64,000 bases of DNA, from NCBI RefSeq assembly GCF_030254645.1, contig NZ_CP116346.1, positions 2,419,973 through 2,483,972 on the forward strand. Direction: 5' to 3'. Shown piece after piece: positions 55,786-64,000 of the stretch. Under the pieces are notes generated by a model, which was not told where the DNA came from, searched no databases, and worked only from the letters and a program-made list of their open reading frames with translations. The position numbers were made by a program, and so were the translations under genes. How positions within the stretch are numbered: position 1 is the stretch's first letter; every line of letters starts with the position of its first letter. Source of the stretch: Paucibacter sediminis (GTDB taxonomy: Bacteria > Pseudomonadota > Gammaproteobacteria > Burkholderiales > Burkholderiaceae_C).

Positions 55786-56280
55786 ATGAGCACCCATGAT
55801 CTGACCCGCCTTGCCTCGAATGCCAGCCCGCCCACCGATGCAGGATCACAGGCTAACGAATTGGATGCCTTGCTTGAGACCGCAGCGACGCAGATCGCCG
55901 GCAACTTGTTCCGGCACGATCCGCCGCGCTCCGGCGAGATCGAGCGCGCCATCGACTTCATCGAGGATGAGTTGATGCGGCCGGGGGCTCCGGTGGCTCC
56001 GGCGGCACCCGGCGCCGCGCTCTGGAGTACGGCGCCGGCCTTGCAGGCCTGGGCCGCGGTGTCCGGCCCGACCCTGACGGTGGAGCTGGTCGAGCAGTGG
56101 TTCCAGCGCCTGGCCCTGGCCGCGCACGGCCAGACTGGCGCGTTGCAGGGGCTGCCGCCCGGCGGCGAGGCAGCTGCGAGCCTGCTGGTGCTGCGCGAGT
56201 TCATGCATCACCGCGGGCATGCGGCCATCACCGTCGCCGCCGCGCGGAAAACGCTTGTGGCCCCACCCCCATCGGCGTAG
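55786..56280 (+). CDS. Hypothetical protein
   Basis: 164 aa, Ala/Pro-rich. No recognisable motif. Weak RBS. Confidence 0.3.
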   Translation: MSTHDLTRLASNASPPTDAGSQANELDALLETAATQIAGNLFRHDPPRSGEIERAIDFIEDELMRPGAPVAPAAPGAALWSTAPALQAWAAVSGPTLTVELVEQWFQRLALAAHGQTGALQGLPPGGEAAASLLVLREFMHHRGHAAITVAAARKTLVAPPPSA

Positions 56281-56316
56281 AAACAGGCTCCAGCCCAAAC
56301 TTCCAAGGAGCAGCGT

Positions 56317-56889
56317 ATGGCCAGCTACAAGGTCGGCTATTTCGTCGGCAGCCTCTCGTCGACGTCCATCAACCGCCTGCTCGCCAAGGCGCTGGTGCGG
56401 TTGGCGCCGCCCGAGCTGGTGCTCAGCGAGATCGCCATCAGGGACCTGCCGCTCTACAGCCAGGATTACGACGCCGACTATCCGCCGGTGGCGCGCGCCT
56501 TCAAGCAGGCCATCGCCGATGTCGACGCGGTGCTGTTCGTCACGCCCGAATTCAACCGCTCGATCCCGGGCGCGCTGAAGAACGCCATTGACTGGGCCAG
56601 CCGACCCTGGGGCAAGAACTCCTTCACGCGCAAGCCCTCGGGCGTGATCGGCACCTCGCCGGGCGCCATCGGCACCGCGGTGGCACAGCAGAGCCTGCGC
56701 GGCGTGCTGTGCTTCTGCAACTCGCCCCTGATGAACCAGGTGGAGGCCTATATCCAGTTCAAGCCCGGCCTCATCACCGCCGACGGCGAGGTCACCGACG
56801 AGGGCACCCGGCAGTTCCTGCAGAACTACATGAGCGAACTGCACGCCTTCATCGTGCGCGTGCTGACGGTGCTGCCGCGCAATCCCTGA
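56317..56889 (+). CDS. NADPH-dependent FMN reductase (flavodoxin-like fold)
   Basis: AAGGAG RBS. GYFVGSLSSTSINRLLA...VTPEFNRSIPGALKNAIDW is the classic FMN_red pattern. Confidence 0.75.
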   Translation: MASYKVGYFVGSLSSTSINRLLAKALVRLAPPELVLSEIAIRDLPLYSQDYDADYPPVARAFKQAIADVDAVLFVTPEFNRSIPGALKNAIDWASRPWGKNSFTRKPSGVIGTSPGAIGTAVAQQSLRGVLCFCNSPLMNQVEAYIQFKPGLITADGEVTDEGTRQFLQNYMSELHAFIVRVLTVLPRNP

Positions 56890-56922
56890 GGCCGTGCCAC
56901 CGGCCCGGCTGCCGGCTCGGCC

Positions 56923-57570
56923 TCAGGCGGCGCGCTTTGGTGCCGCGGTGTAGCGCAGATAGGGGCGCACCGCGTCCCAGCCCTGCGGGAACTTCTGTTT
57001 CAGCAGCGCCGGGTCCTGCAAGGAGGGCACGATCACCACATCGTCGCCCTCCTTCCAGTTGGCCGGAGTCGCCACGCTGTGCTCGTCGGTGAGTTGCAGC
57101 GAGTCGATCACGCGCAGGATTTCGTCGAAGTTGCGCCCGGTGCTGGCCGGGTAGGTGATGATCAGGCGCACCTTCTTGGCCGGATCGATGATGAAAAGCG
57201 AGCGCACCGTCGCGGTACTGCTGGCGTTGGGGTGGATCAGGTCGTAGAGCTCGCTGACCTTGCGGTCGGCATCGGCCAGGATCGGGAAGTTGAGCTCGGT
57301 GCCCTGCGTGTCGTTGATGTCGGCGATCCAGGCATGGTGCTTGTCCACCGGGTCCACCGAGAGCGCGATGGCCTTGACGTTGCGGCGCGCGAACTCGTCC
57401 CTTAGCTTGGCCGTGCGGCCGAGCTCGGTGGTGCAGACGGGCGTGAAGTCGGCGGGGTGCGAGAACAGCACGCCCCAGCTTTCGCCCAGCCAGGCGTGAA
57501 AGCGGATGCGGCCTTCGGTGGAGTCCTGTTCAAAGTCGGGGGCGAGGTCGCCCAGGCGTAGGCTGGTCAT
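56923..57570 (-). CDS. Peroxiredoxin, 1-Cys (Prx6) type
   Basis: HPADFTPVCTTE peroxidatic-Cys motif. ~215 aa. Confidence 0.85.
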   Translation of the reverse strand: MTSLRLGDLAPDFEQDSTEGRIRFHAWLGESWGVLFSHPADFTPVCTTELGRTAKLRDEFARRNVKAIALSVDPVDKHHAWIADINDTQGTELNFPILADADRKVSELYDLIHPNASSTATVRSLFIIDPAKKVRLIITYPASTGRNFDEILRVIDSLQLTDEHSVATPANWKEGDDVVIVPSLQDPALLKQKFPQGWDAVRPYLRYTAAPKRAA

Positions 57571-57648
57571 GTGCTTTCCTGTGTTGGTTGGTAGAACGGG
57601 GATCTCGAAGCTCGGGTGGCGATGCGGCCTTGCGCGCCCCAGCTTGTG

Positions 57649-58593
57649 TCAGGCCGCCAGCAGGCCCAGCCTGGCCTCGGCCACGGTCGCGCGCGTCAGC
57701 GGCGCGGCGAAGGTGGAGATGAAGGCGTAGACGTAGTCGCGCAGATAGGCGTCCTTGCGCACCGCCAGCCGCGTCATGTTGTCGGCGAACAGATGGCGGC
57801 CGTCGATCGGATGCAGCTGCTTGTCGCGCTCCTCGTCGTAGGCGATGGCGGCCACGATGCCCACGCCCAGGCCCAGCTCCACATAGGTCTTGATGACGTC
57901 GGCATCCATGGCCACCAGCACCACGTTCAGTTCCAGCCCGGCGGCGCGGAAGGCGTCGTCGATGTGCGAGCGGCCGGTATAGCCGCTCTCGTAGGTGATG
58001 ATGGGGAACTGGGCCAACCGCTCCAGCGTCAAGGCCTGACCCTCGGCCGATTCGCGCGCCAGCGCATGCTCGGGCGGTACCAGCACGGTGTGGGTCCAGC
58101 GGTAGCAGGGCAGGGCCACCAGCTCGTCGTACTGGGCCAGCGCCTCGGTGGCGATGCCCACATCGGCATCGCCGTCCAGCAGCAGGCGCGCCACCTGCTG
58201 CGGCGAGCCCTGCTGCATGTGCAGCAGCACGTCGGGGTGGGCGGCGCGGAAGTCGCGCACCACCGGCGGCAGCGCATAGCGTGCCTGGCTGTGGGTGGCG
58301 GCGATGCGCAGCGTGCCGCTGCCGGCGCGGGCGAAGTCGTCGCCGGCGCGCCGCAGGTTGTCGGCCTCGTGCAGCAGGCGCTCGACGATGGGCAGCACCT
58401 GGCGGCCCGGCTCGGTGAGCCCGGTGAGACGCTTGCCGGCGCGCACGAAGATCTCGATGCCCAGCTCGTCCTCCAGTTCGCGGATCTGGCGGCTCACGCC
58501 GGGCTGCGAGGTATGCAGGGCGTTGGCCACCTCGGTGAGATTGAAGTCGCGGCGCTGGGCTTCGCGGACGGATCGCAATTGCTGGAAATTCAC
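57649..58593 (-). CDS. LysR-family regulator, CysB/Cbl-like
   Basis: N-terminus MNFQQLRSVREA...NLTEVANALHTSQPGVSRQIRELEDELGIEIF closely follows the CysB-type HTH pattern. Confidence 0.8.
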   Translation of the reverse strand: MNFQQLRSVREAQRRDFNLTEVANALHTSQPGVSRQIRELEDELGIEIFVRAGKRLTGLTEPGRQVLPIVERLLHEADNLRRAGDDFARAGSGTLRIAATHSQARYALPPVVRDFRAAHPDVLLHMQQGSPQQVARLLLDGDADVGIATEALAQYDELVALPCYRWTHTVLVPPEHALARESAEGQALTLERLAQFPIITYESGYTGRSHIDDAFRAAGLELNVVLVAMDADVIKTYVELGLGVGIVAAIAYDEERDKQLHPIDGRHLFADNMTRLAVRKDAYLRDYVYAFISTFAAPLTRATVAEARLGLLAA

Positions 58594-58695
58594 GTTGCAG
58601 GGCTCTCGTTATGCGTTGTGCATTTTTTGCGCGCGGCGCGGGCCTTGTCCTCCAAGAAATTCAGCAAAGCATTTCGGCCCGCCGCGGGCAAGCTA

Positions 58696-59979
58696 TCAAA
58701 GCCGCCAGCCGTAGGAGATGCCCAGCAGGGTCTCCTGCAGGCGCACATGGGCATTGCCACCGCCGAAGCCGCCCGGCGGCAGGCCTGCCGGGATCGAGCC
58801 GCTGCCCCGCACCGTCTTGCCCGGGGCGTAGGCGAGGTAGCCGCTGAGCTCGCCGCCGCCGAGCTGCCAGCTCGCGCCCAGCGAGACATGGTCCTGCACC
58901 ACACCGGGGGCCAGGATGTTGAACAGGGTCTCGCCGCCCGGCACCGGCTGGCGCGCATGGCTGATGCCGGCGCGCAGCGTCAGCTCGCGGCTGAGCTGGT
59001 GGCTGACGGCCAGCTTGAGCACCGTCAGGTCGCGCCAGCCAAAGCCCGGGCCCTCGGCCGCACCCAGGGGCTGGCCCTGCAGCAGGCGCGCCAGCGAGTG
59101 GCCCACCGCCGCCACGCGGCTGTAGCGGATCGTCTGCACATCGGCGCCCAGGGTCCAGTCGCGGCCGGCCTGCCAGGCCAGGCCGATGCCGTAGTTCTCG
59201 GGCACGTCGAAGCGCCCGCCATCGGCGAACAGGCCGGCATAGTCCTTGAACCGGCCGCGCACCTTGGAGGCCCAGCTCAGGCCCAGCGTCAGCTCGGGGC
59301 TCAGGCGTGCCTGCCAGCCCAGGCGCAACCCCAGGCCCAGGCTGCTGTCCGTGCCCCGGTCGCTGAGCTGGCCGGGCGCCTGCGAGAAGCCCGCGAACAG
59401 ACCCAGGCCCTGGGCCGCAAAGCGCTGGTAGGCGATGTTGGCGGCCAGGCCCAGGCTATGGTCGGCGCCGGGCTTCCAGGCGATCGAGGGCGCGACGAAG
59501 AGCTGCTCCAGATTCACCCCCGCGGTGCCGCTGGCGCCGAAGCGCGCATAGGGGTTGCTGGCGTACTCGGTGTTCATGCCGCCGTTGCCGTACACGGCCA
59601 GGCCGGTGCTCAGGCGCGGCGACAAGGCGCGCACATAGCCGAACTCGGGGATGAAGAAATTCTTCCTGCCGTTGCCGCCATAGCTGGCATCCGGGCCGAA
59701 GGCATTGCCCTGGATCTCGGCGCTGCGGCGCGGCGCAAACCAGCTCAGGCCCAGGTCCAGGCGCGCCTGCTGCCCGGCCTGCTCCGCCACCAGGGCGGTG
59801 CCGGCCGGGTTGCTGGCGGCCGCCAGCGCATCCTGCGACCAGGCGATGCCCACGCCGGCCTGGCCCAGCGCCTTGACGCCGTAGCCATGCGAGAAATAGC
59901 CGTTGGTGGCCTGGGCGGCGCAGGGGATCAGGCCGAGGGCGAGGAGGGCGGCAAGGCGGGTGAGGTGCTGGGGGCGCAT
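58696..59979 (-). CDS. Outer-membrane transport protein, OmpP1/FadL/TodX family
   Basis: Signal peptide ...AAQATNGYFSHGYGVKALGQAGVG is a typical FadL-family start. Beta-barrel pattern and aromatic C-terminus. Confidence 0.75.
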   Translation of the reverse strand: MRPQHLTRLAALLALGLIPCAAQATNGYFSHGYGVKALGQAGVGIAWSQDALAAASNPAGTALVAEQAGQQARLDLGLSWFAPRRSAEIQGNAFGPDASYGGNGRKNFFIPEFGYVRALSPRLSTGLAVYGNGGMNTEYASNPYARFGASGTAGVNLEQLFVAPSIAWKPGADHSLGLAANIAYQRFAAQGLGLFAGFSQAPGQLSDRGTDSSLGLGLRLGWQARLSPELTLGLSWASKVRGRFKDYAGLFADGGRFDVPENYGIGLAWQAGRDWTLGADVQTIRYSRVAAVGHSLARLLQGQPLGAAEGPGFGWRDLTVLKLAVSHQLSRELTLRAGISHARQPVPGGETLFNILAPGVVQDHVSLGASWQLGGGELSGYLAYAPGKTVRGSGSIPAGLPPGGFGGGNAHVRLQETLLGISYGWRL

Positions 59980-60077
59980 GGCTTCGCAAAGGGTCGGTGA
60001 AGCCGCCCAATCTAGTCAGCCCGAGCCACCGCCGCCACGAAGCAAAGCGGTTTTCGATATGCGCAAAAAATGCTGCG

Positions 60078-60503
60078 TCACGGCGTTGCGCCGAACTCCT
60101 TCAGCAACGCCCGGTGCTCGCCCTTGTGCAGCGCCACCAGCTCCTCCAGCACGCGCTCGCCCTTCTCGAGCAGATGGATCTCCACCACGCGCTGATCCTC
60201 GCGGCCCGGTCGGCGCTCCAGCAGGCCGAGCTCGGCGCAGCGGTCGACCAGCGCCACCACGCCATGGTGATGCGCTTGCAGCCGCTGTGCCAGCTCGCTC
60301 ACCGTGGCCCAGCTGCGTTCGGGGAAGCCCATCACATGCAGCAGCAGCTGGTATTGCAGGGCGGTCAGGCCGAAGCGCTTGCACAGCAATTCGCTGTTGC
60401 GCAGGAACTGGCGCAGGCGATGCCGAAAATCGGACAAGCGTTCGTAGTCGCGCTTGCCCACCGTGGCCCTTGCCTTGCCCGCGCGCGTCGATGCTGGTTT
60501 CAT
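60078..60503 (-). CDS. MarR-family transcriptional regulator
   Basis: Winged-helix region LTALQYQLLLHVMGFPERSWATVSELAQRLQAHHHGVVALVDRCAELGLLER. 141 aa. Confidence 0.8.
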   Translation of the reverse strand: MKPASTRAGKARATVGKRDYERLSDFRHRLRQFLRNSELLCKRFGLTALQYQLLLHVMGFPERSWATVSELAQRLQAHHHGVVALVDRCAELGLLERRPGREDQRVVEIHLLEKGERVLEELVALHKGEHRALLKEFGATP

Positions 60504-60515
60504 GATTGAATTTAG

Positions 60516-60530
60516 TATCACAACATGATA
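60516..60530. promoter_or_regulatory. Palindrome TATCAcaacaTGATA in the AT-rich MarR / 60570-gene divergent intergenic region (candidate operator)
   Basis: Inverted repeat TATCA-N5-TGATA 13 bp upstream of the MarR start codon. The only AT-rich patch in the region. Confidence 0.35.
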
Positions 60531-60569
60531 TTGTTTACGCACTCGAGACCACCTTGTCGGGAGTGCCGC

Positions 60570-61130
60570 ATGAACCTTCGTAGTTTGTCCAGGATACCGA
60601 TCTCGCTGGATAGCGCCTGGCCCGAGCTGATCGAGCGGCGCCTCGATGTGCAGCGTCTGTTCATTTTCCTCGTCCTGCCGGCGGTGCTGGTGACGCCGGT
60701 GTCCCTGCTGGTAGCGAGCGGTCGGCAGACGGGCTACTTGCCCGAAATGCTGAGCCGCAAGCCGGTCCAGGACCTGATGGGGTTCCTCTTCATCGCCGAG
60801 GTGTTCAGCTTCGTCTTGCTGGGTTGGCTGCTCAAGCAGGTGGCCAGGACGGTGGGCTTGCCGCTCGGCCACGACGATGCCTATCGGCTCGCCGCGATCG
60901 GCCCGGTGCCGATGTGGCTTTCGGGGCTGGGGGTGCTGGCGCCCGATCCGCTGCTGGGGTCCTGCGCCATGGTGCTGGGGCTGGGCCTTTCCTGTGGCAC
61001 GCTGTACCACGGGCTTTGCGCGCTGAGCCGCTCGCGGGGCGACGCACTGCTCGTCGCCAGCGTCGTCCATGTGTCCATCGGTGCCTGCGTCGCCGCCTGG
61101 GCGGTGCTGCTCGTCGGTGTGCTGGTTTGA
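60570..61130 (+). CDS. Yip1/DUF1282-like multi-pass membrane protein
   Basis: GGGAG RBS. 186 aa with five predicted TM helices. Divergent from MarR. Confidence 0.5.
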   Translation: MNLRSLSRIPISLDSAWPELIERRLDVQRLFIFLVLPAVLVTPVSLLVASGRQTGYLPEMLSRKPVQDLMGFLFIAEVFSFVLLGWLLKQVARTVGLPLGHDDAYRLAAIGPVPMWLSGLGVLAPDPLLGSCAMVLGLGLSCGTLYHGLCALSRSRGDALLVASVVHVSIGACVAAWAVLLVGVLV

Positions 61131-61160
61131 GCCGCTGAGCCAGGCCGTGCTCGCAATGGG

Positions 61161-62339
61161 TTAGGCCAGGGCCGTGCCGTCGGCCAGGGCGCTGGCCAGC
61201 GTGTCGGCGCTCGGCATCGCGGCCATCTCGGCCGCCAGGCGCCAGGCCGCGGCGGCGTATGGGCCGCCGGCGAACAGCTGCCGCGCCGCGGCACGCAGGC
61301 CGTCGGCCGTCTGCGCCGCCGGCGCCACCACCAGGCCGGCGCCGGCCGCGGCCAGGGCGCGCGCGTTGCGGAAATGGTCCGCACCCTGGGGCAGCACGAG
61401 CTGGGGCAAGCCATGCGCGGCCGCCCCCAGCAGGGTGCCGGCGCCGCCATGCGAGACCACCGCGTCGCAGCAGGGCAGCAGGGCGGCCTGATCGATGAAG
61501 CGGTGCACATGCAGCCGCGGCAGGTGGGGGGCGAAGCGCTGGGGATCGCCATCCGCGCCAACGGTGACGACGAGCTCGGCGCCTAGGCCCAGCAGCGCAT
61601 GCGCGGCCGCCGCCAGGGCGGGCTGCCGGTTGAAGACGGTGCCGAAGCTGAGGTAGACACGCGGCCGCCTGCCGGCCTGCAGCGCGCGCTGCAGCGCCTC
61701 GGGCAGCGGCGGGCCCGCAGCGGCGCGCGGCGCGTAGGGGTTCAGCGCCAGCCGGCGCGGGGCCGGCGGGCCGGCGTGGCCTGGCGGCTGCAGGCTGGGC
61801 GGGGCGATGTCGATGTAGCCATGCCGGTACAGGCCGCCCGCGGCCGGCGCGGCCAGGCCATGCGCCGCCCAGCTGGGCGCGAAGCATTGCGTTGCCGCCT
61901 CCAGGTAGGCGGGCGGCAGCGGCAGGCCATAGCCATGGGTGAGGTAGCGCAGGCCATGCAGGGCGCAGGCCAGCGGTCCGGCCAGGGCCGCCGGCTCCAG
62001 CACCATCAGCTCGGGCCGCCATTGCGCGATCGCCGCGTTCACGCCCGCCAGCATCGCCGGTGCCAGGCTGCCGCCAAAGAGGCGCGGAAAGGTCTGCGCC
62101 GAGCGCTGCTCAGCCTCGAGCTCGAGCAGCTCGGGGTGCTGGGCGCGGAACTGGCGCCGGCTGGTCTCGAAGTCCAGGCCGGCCGGGAACAGCGCGATGC
62201 CCTGGCCGGCGAGCATTTGCAGGGCATCGGGTGCGCTGACCCAGCCGACGGCGTGGCCCTGGCGCTGCAGCGCCAGCGCGAGCGGGCGCAGCGGCTGGAG
62301 ATGGCCGGCGCCGCCGGTGGAGCAGAACAGCAGCCGCAT
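61161..62339 (-). CDS. Glycosyltransferase family 1 (UDP-glycosyltransferase/MGT-like)
   Basis: N-terminal LLFCSTGGAGHLQPLRPLA and C-terminal donor-binding CDAVVSHGGAGTLLGAAAHGLPQLVLPQGADHF, as in GT1 UDP-glycosyltransferases. Confidence 0.7.
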   Translation of the reverse strand: MRLLFCSTGGAGHLQPLRPLALALQRQGHAVGWVSAPDALQMLAGQGIALFPAGLDFETSRRQFRAQHPELLELEAEQRSAQTFPRLFGGSLAPAMLAGVNAAIAQWRPELMVLEPAALAGPLACALHGLRYLTHGYGLPLPPAYLEAATQCFAPSWAAHGLAAPAAGGLYRHGYIDIAPPSLQPPGHAGPPAPRRLALNPYAPRAAAGPPLPEALQRALQAGRRPRVYLSFGTVFNRQPALAAAAHALLGLGAELVVTVGADGDPQRFAPHLPRLHVHRFIDQAALLPCCDAVVSHGGAGTLLGAAAHGLPQLVLPQGADHFRNARALAAAGAGLVVAPAAQTADGLRAAARQLFAGGPYAAAAWRLAAEMAAMPSADTLASALADGTALA

Positions 62340-62366
62340 CGCCGACCCGGGTGCCTGAAGGCCGCG

Positions 62367-63344
62367 TCAATCCGCCGTCAGCTTGTAGGCGTCGATCAGC
62401 GCCGCCCAGCTGCCCAGGTCCTGCGCGATGGTGGCAGCGAGCTCCTGCGGCGAGCCGGTCTCGACGGCCAGCAGGCGCTTGTCCAGCTCGGCACGCATGT
62501 CCGGCCGTGCCGCCACCGTGGCGAGGGCACGGGCGAGCTGCTGCTGGCGCGTGCCGGCCACGCGCGCCGACACGTACAAGGCCTGCCAGGTGGGCACCGC
62601 CACGGCCGCGAAGCCGGCTTCGCGCATGGTCGGCACCTCGGGGAAGGCGGCGCTGCGCTCCGGGCCGAGCACCGCCAGCAGGCGCAGCGCCCCCGCCCTG
62701 ACCTGCGCCTGCAGCGCGGCGAGCGGGCCGAACATCAGCTGCACGCGGCCGGCCAGCAGATCCGGCAATGCCTGTGTGGCGCCGCGGTAGGGCACGCGCG
62801 TCAGCTCCACGCCGGCGGCCTGCATGAACTGCGCCGCCGCCATGATCTCGCTGGGCGTGCTGGTCGCCACATTCAGCCGGCCGGGCTGGCTGCGCGCATG
62901 GGTGGCCAGCTCGGCAACCGTGGTCGCGGGCAGCGCCGGATGCACGGCCAGCCCGAAGGGTACGCGGCCGATCTTGCCGAGCGGCGCGAGCTCCTGCACC
63001 CAGTCGAAGCCCGAGCCCTTGGCGAGCAGGGGCGTGGCGATCATCGAGCCGGGGGCATACAGCAGGGTCTGGCCCTCCGGCCCGGCGGCGGCCACCTCGC
63101 GGGCGGCCAGCAAGCCGTTGCCGCTGGGCTTGTTCTCCACGATCACGGTCTGGCCCAGCGCTTCCGACAGATGCTGGGCGGCCTGGCGCGCGATGAAGTC
63201 GCTCGGGCCTCCGGCCGGCAGCGGCACGAGCAGGCGCAAGGCCTTGCCGGCATTGGCGGCGCCGGCTTCGGTGGCATGCGCCTGTCCGGCCGGGCCCAGC
63301 AGGCAGCAGGCGGCGAGGAGGGTGATCTGCAGCAGTGAGGGCAT
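62367..63344 (-). CDS. Bug-family (TctC) tripartite tricarboxylate transporter substrate-binding protein
   Basis: Signal peptide ...AHATE. ~325 aa with typical Bug pattern (LRLLVPLPAGGPSDFIARQAAQHLSE...). Confidence 0.8.
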   Translation of the reverse strand: MPSLLQITLLAACCLLGPAGQAHATEAGAANAGKALRLLVPLPAGGPSDFIARQAAQHLSEALGQTVIVENKPSGNGLLAAREVAAAGPEGQTLLYAPGSMIATPLLAKGSGFDWVQELAPLGKIGRVPFGLAVHPALPATTVAELATHARSQPGRLNVATSTPSEIMAAAQFMQAAGVELTRVPYRGATQALPDLLAGRVQLMFGPLAALQAQVRAGALRLLAVLGPERSAAFPEVPTMREAGFAAVAVPTWQALYVSARVAGTRQQQLARALATVAARPDMRAELDKRLLAVETGSPQELAATIAQDLGSWAALIDAYKLTAD

Positions 63345-63470
63345 GGCTTGCTCCGATCGGTGCGTGGGCAGCGAGATGGGAAGGAGGGGCGATGGCTCGG
63401 ACTGTAGGCAGGCATGGGCAAAGCAGAAAGCGCCGCCGCGGCACAATGGGTTTGAACCAATGGTTAAAGC

Positions 63471-64000
63471 ATGGACAAGCTGCGCGCCCTTCAGTACTTC
63501 ATCGCGGCCGCCGAGGAAGGCAGTTTCTCGGCGGCCGCGCGGCGTTTCGAGCTCAGCGTGCCGGCGGTCACCAAGCTGGTGGGGGCGCTGGAGCGCGAGC
63601 TGGGCGTCCGGCTGCTGGAGCGCAGCACGCGCGGCCTGGCGCTCACGCCACAGGGCGCGGCCTACCGCGAAGCCTGCGCGCCACTGCTGGCCCAGCTGGC
63701 CGAGGCCGAGCGCGCGGCCGCCGGCCCGGTGCGGGCGCGCACCCTGGTGGTCGGTGCGCCGGCCCTGCTGGCGCGCGCGCTGCTGATCCCGGCGCTGCCG
63801 GGCTATCGCGACAAGCACCCGCATGTGCAGATCGAGCTGAGCACGGTGGACCAGCTGACCGTCACCGATGCCGAGGCGCGCGGCTTCGACGTGCTGATCG
63901 CGCTGGGCTGGCCCGGCGCGCTGGACCTGGTGAAGCGCCCGCTGGCGCAAAGCCGGCTGATCGTCTGCGCCAGCCCGGCCTATTGGCGCAACCACGCGGT
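63471..64000 (+). CDS. LysR-family transcriptional regulator (3'-partial, runs off the window)
   Basis: MDKLRALQYFIAAAEEGSFSAAARRFELSVPAVTKLVGALERELGVRLLERSTRG HTH. Divergent from the TctC gene. No stop before the window end. Confidence 0.75.
   Translation, partial: MDKLRALQYFIAAAEEGSFSAAARRFELSVPAVTKLVGALERELGVRLLERSTRGLALTPQGAAYREACAPLLAQLAEAERAAAGPVRARTLVVGAPALLARALLIPALPGYRDKHPHVQIELSTVDQLTVTDAEARGFDVLIALGWPGALDLVKRPLAQSRLIVCASPAYWRNHA

Noticed and set aside
57616-60000. 794-aa plus-strand ORF
   Set aside because: Antisense to the CysB-like and FadL genes. Gly/Ala/Arg low complexity.
61599-63995. 579-aa plus ORF, 444-aa and 542-aa minus ORFs in alternate frames
   Set aside because: The GT1 (SHGGAGT) and TctC signatures define the true frames. 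The 542-aa minus ORF is TctC with a spurious N-terminal extension, trimmed to ATG 63344.
1-64000. CRISPR arrays or other regularly spaced repeat arrays
   Set aside because: No repeat-spacer periodicity was seen anywhere. Only the isolated repeats listed above.

Overview
This is a high-GC (~68%) chromosomal segment that looks betaproteobacterial (Burkholderiales-like: Bug/TctC binding protein, many LysR regulators, PEP-CTERM proteins, a Neisseria/Burkholderia-type porin). All calls were made by reading the sequence, motifs and gene context; no database search was run. The window splits into four parts. (1) Bases 1-20.2 kb form a coherent inositol / inositol-phosphate locus: an ABC importer, an inositol monophosphatase, two secreted phosphatase lipoproteins, a porin, and iolC(J)-iolD-iolE ... 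iolB-MCP-iolG. A conserved imelysin / DUF1111 di-heme peroxidase / imelysin / DUF1513 cassette sits inside the iol operon. (2) Bases 20.2-34.8 kb are accessory. They include a ~3 kb lower-GC islet bounded by ~55-bp direct repeats, carrying small membrane proteins, a 412-bp element with 52-bp inverted-repeat ends, and a membrane-anchored cNMP-binding protein. They also include a MASE1-PAS-PAS-GGDEF cyclase, a DUF302 / collagen-like / cupin block, and a tRNA array with intact tRNA-Arg and tRNA-Pro, aberrant or chimeric tRNA-like copies and an HNH endonuclease. This is followed by an SPFH(band-7)-RtcB pair and an ECF sigma factor. (3) Bases 34.8-45 kb hold redox and stress genes: a Tat ferritin-like protein, c-type cytochromes, AhpD-like, Lpd-like, GST, a PDR reductase, PNPOx proteins and DsrE. 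(4) Bases 45-64 kb hold PEP-CTERM proteins, AraC pseudogene debris, a LytS/LytTR two-component system preceded by a 55-aa Cys-rich peptide, a cytochrome c peroxidase, a peroxiredoxin, a CysB-like regulator, FadL, MarR, a GT1 glycosyltransferase and TctC. Most of the long ORFs in the six-frame track are antisense shadows typical of high-GC DNA and were rejected. The strongest candidate for a new system is the aberrant tRNA array + HNH + tRNA-fragment junction + SPFH-RtcB + ECF sigma block at 29.9-34.7 kb. I count base positions directly from the printed sequence (without the ORF track), and they may differ by +/-1 nt from the ORF-track numbering in places.
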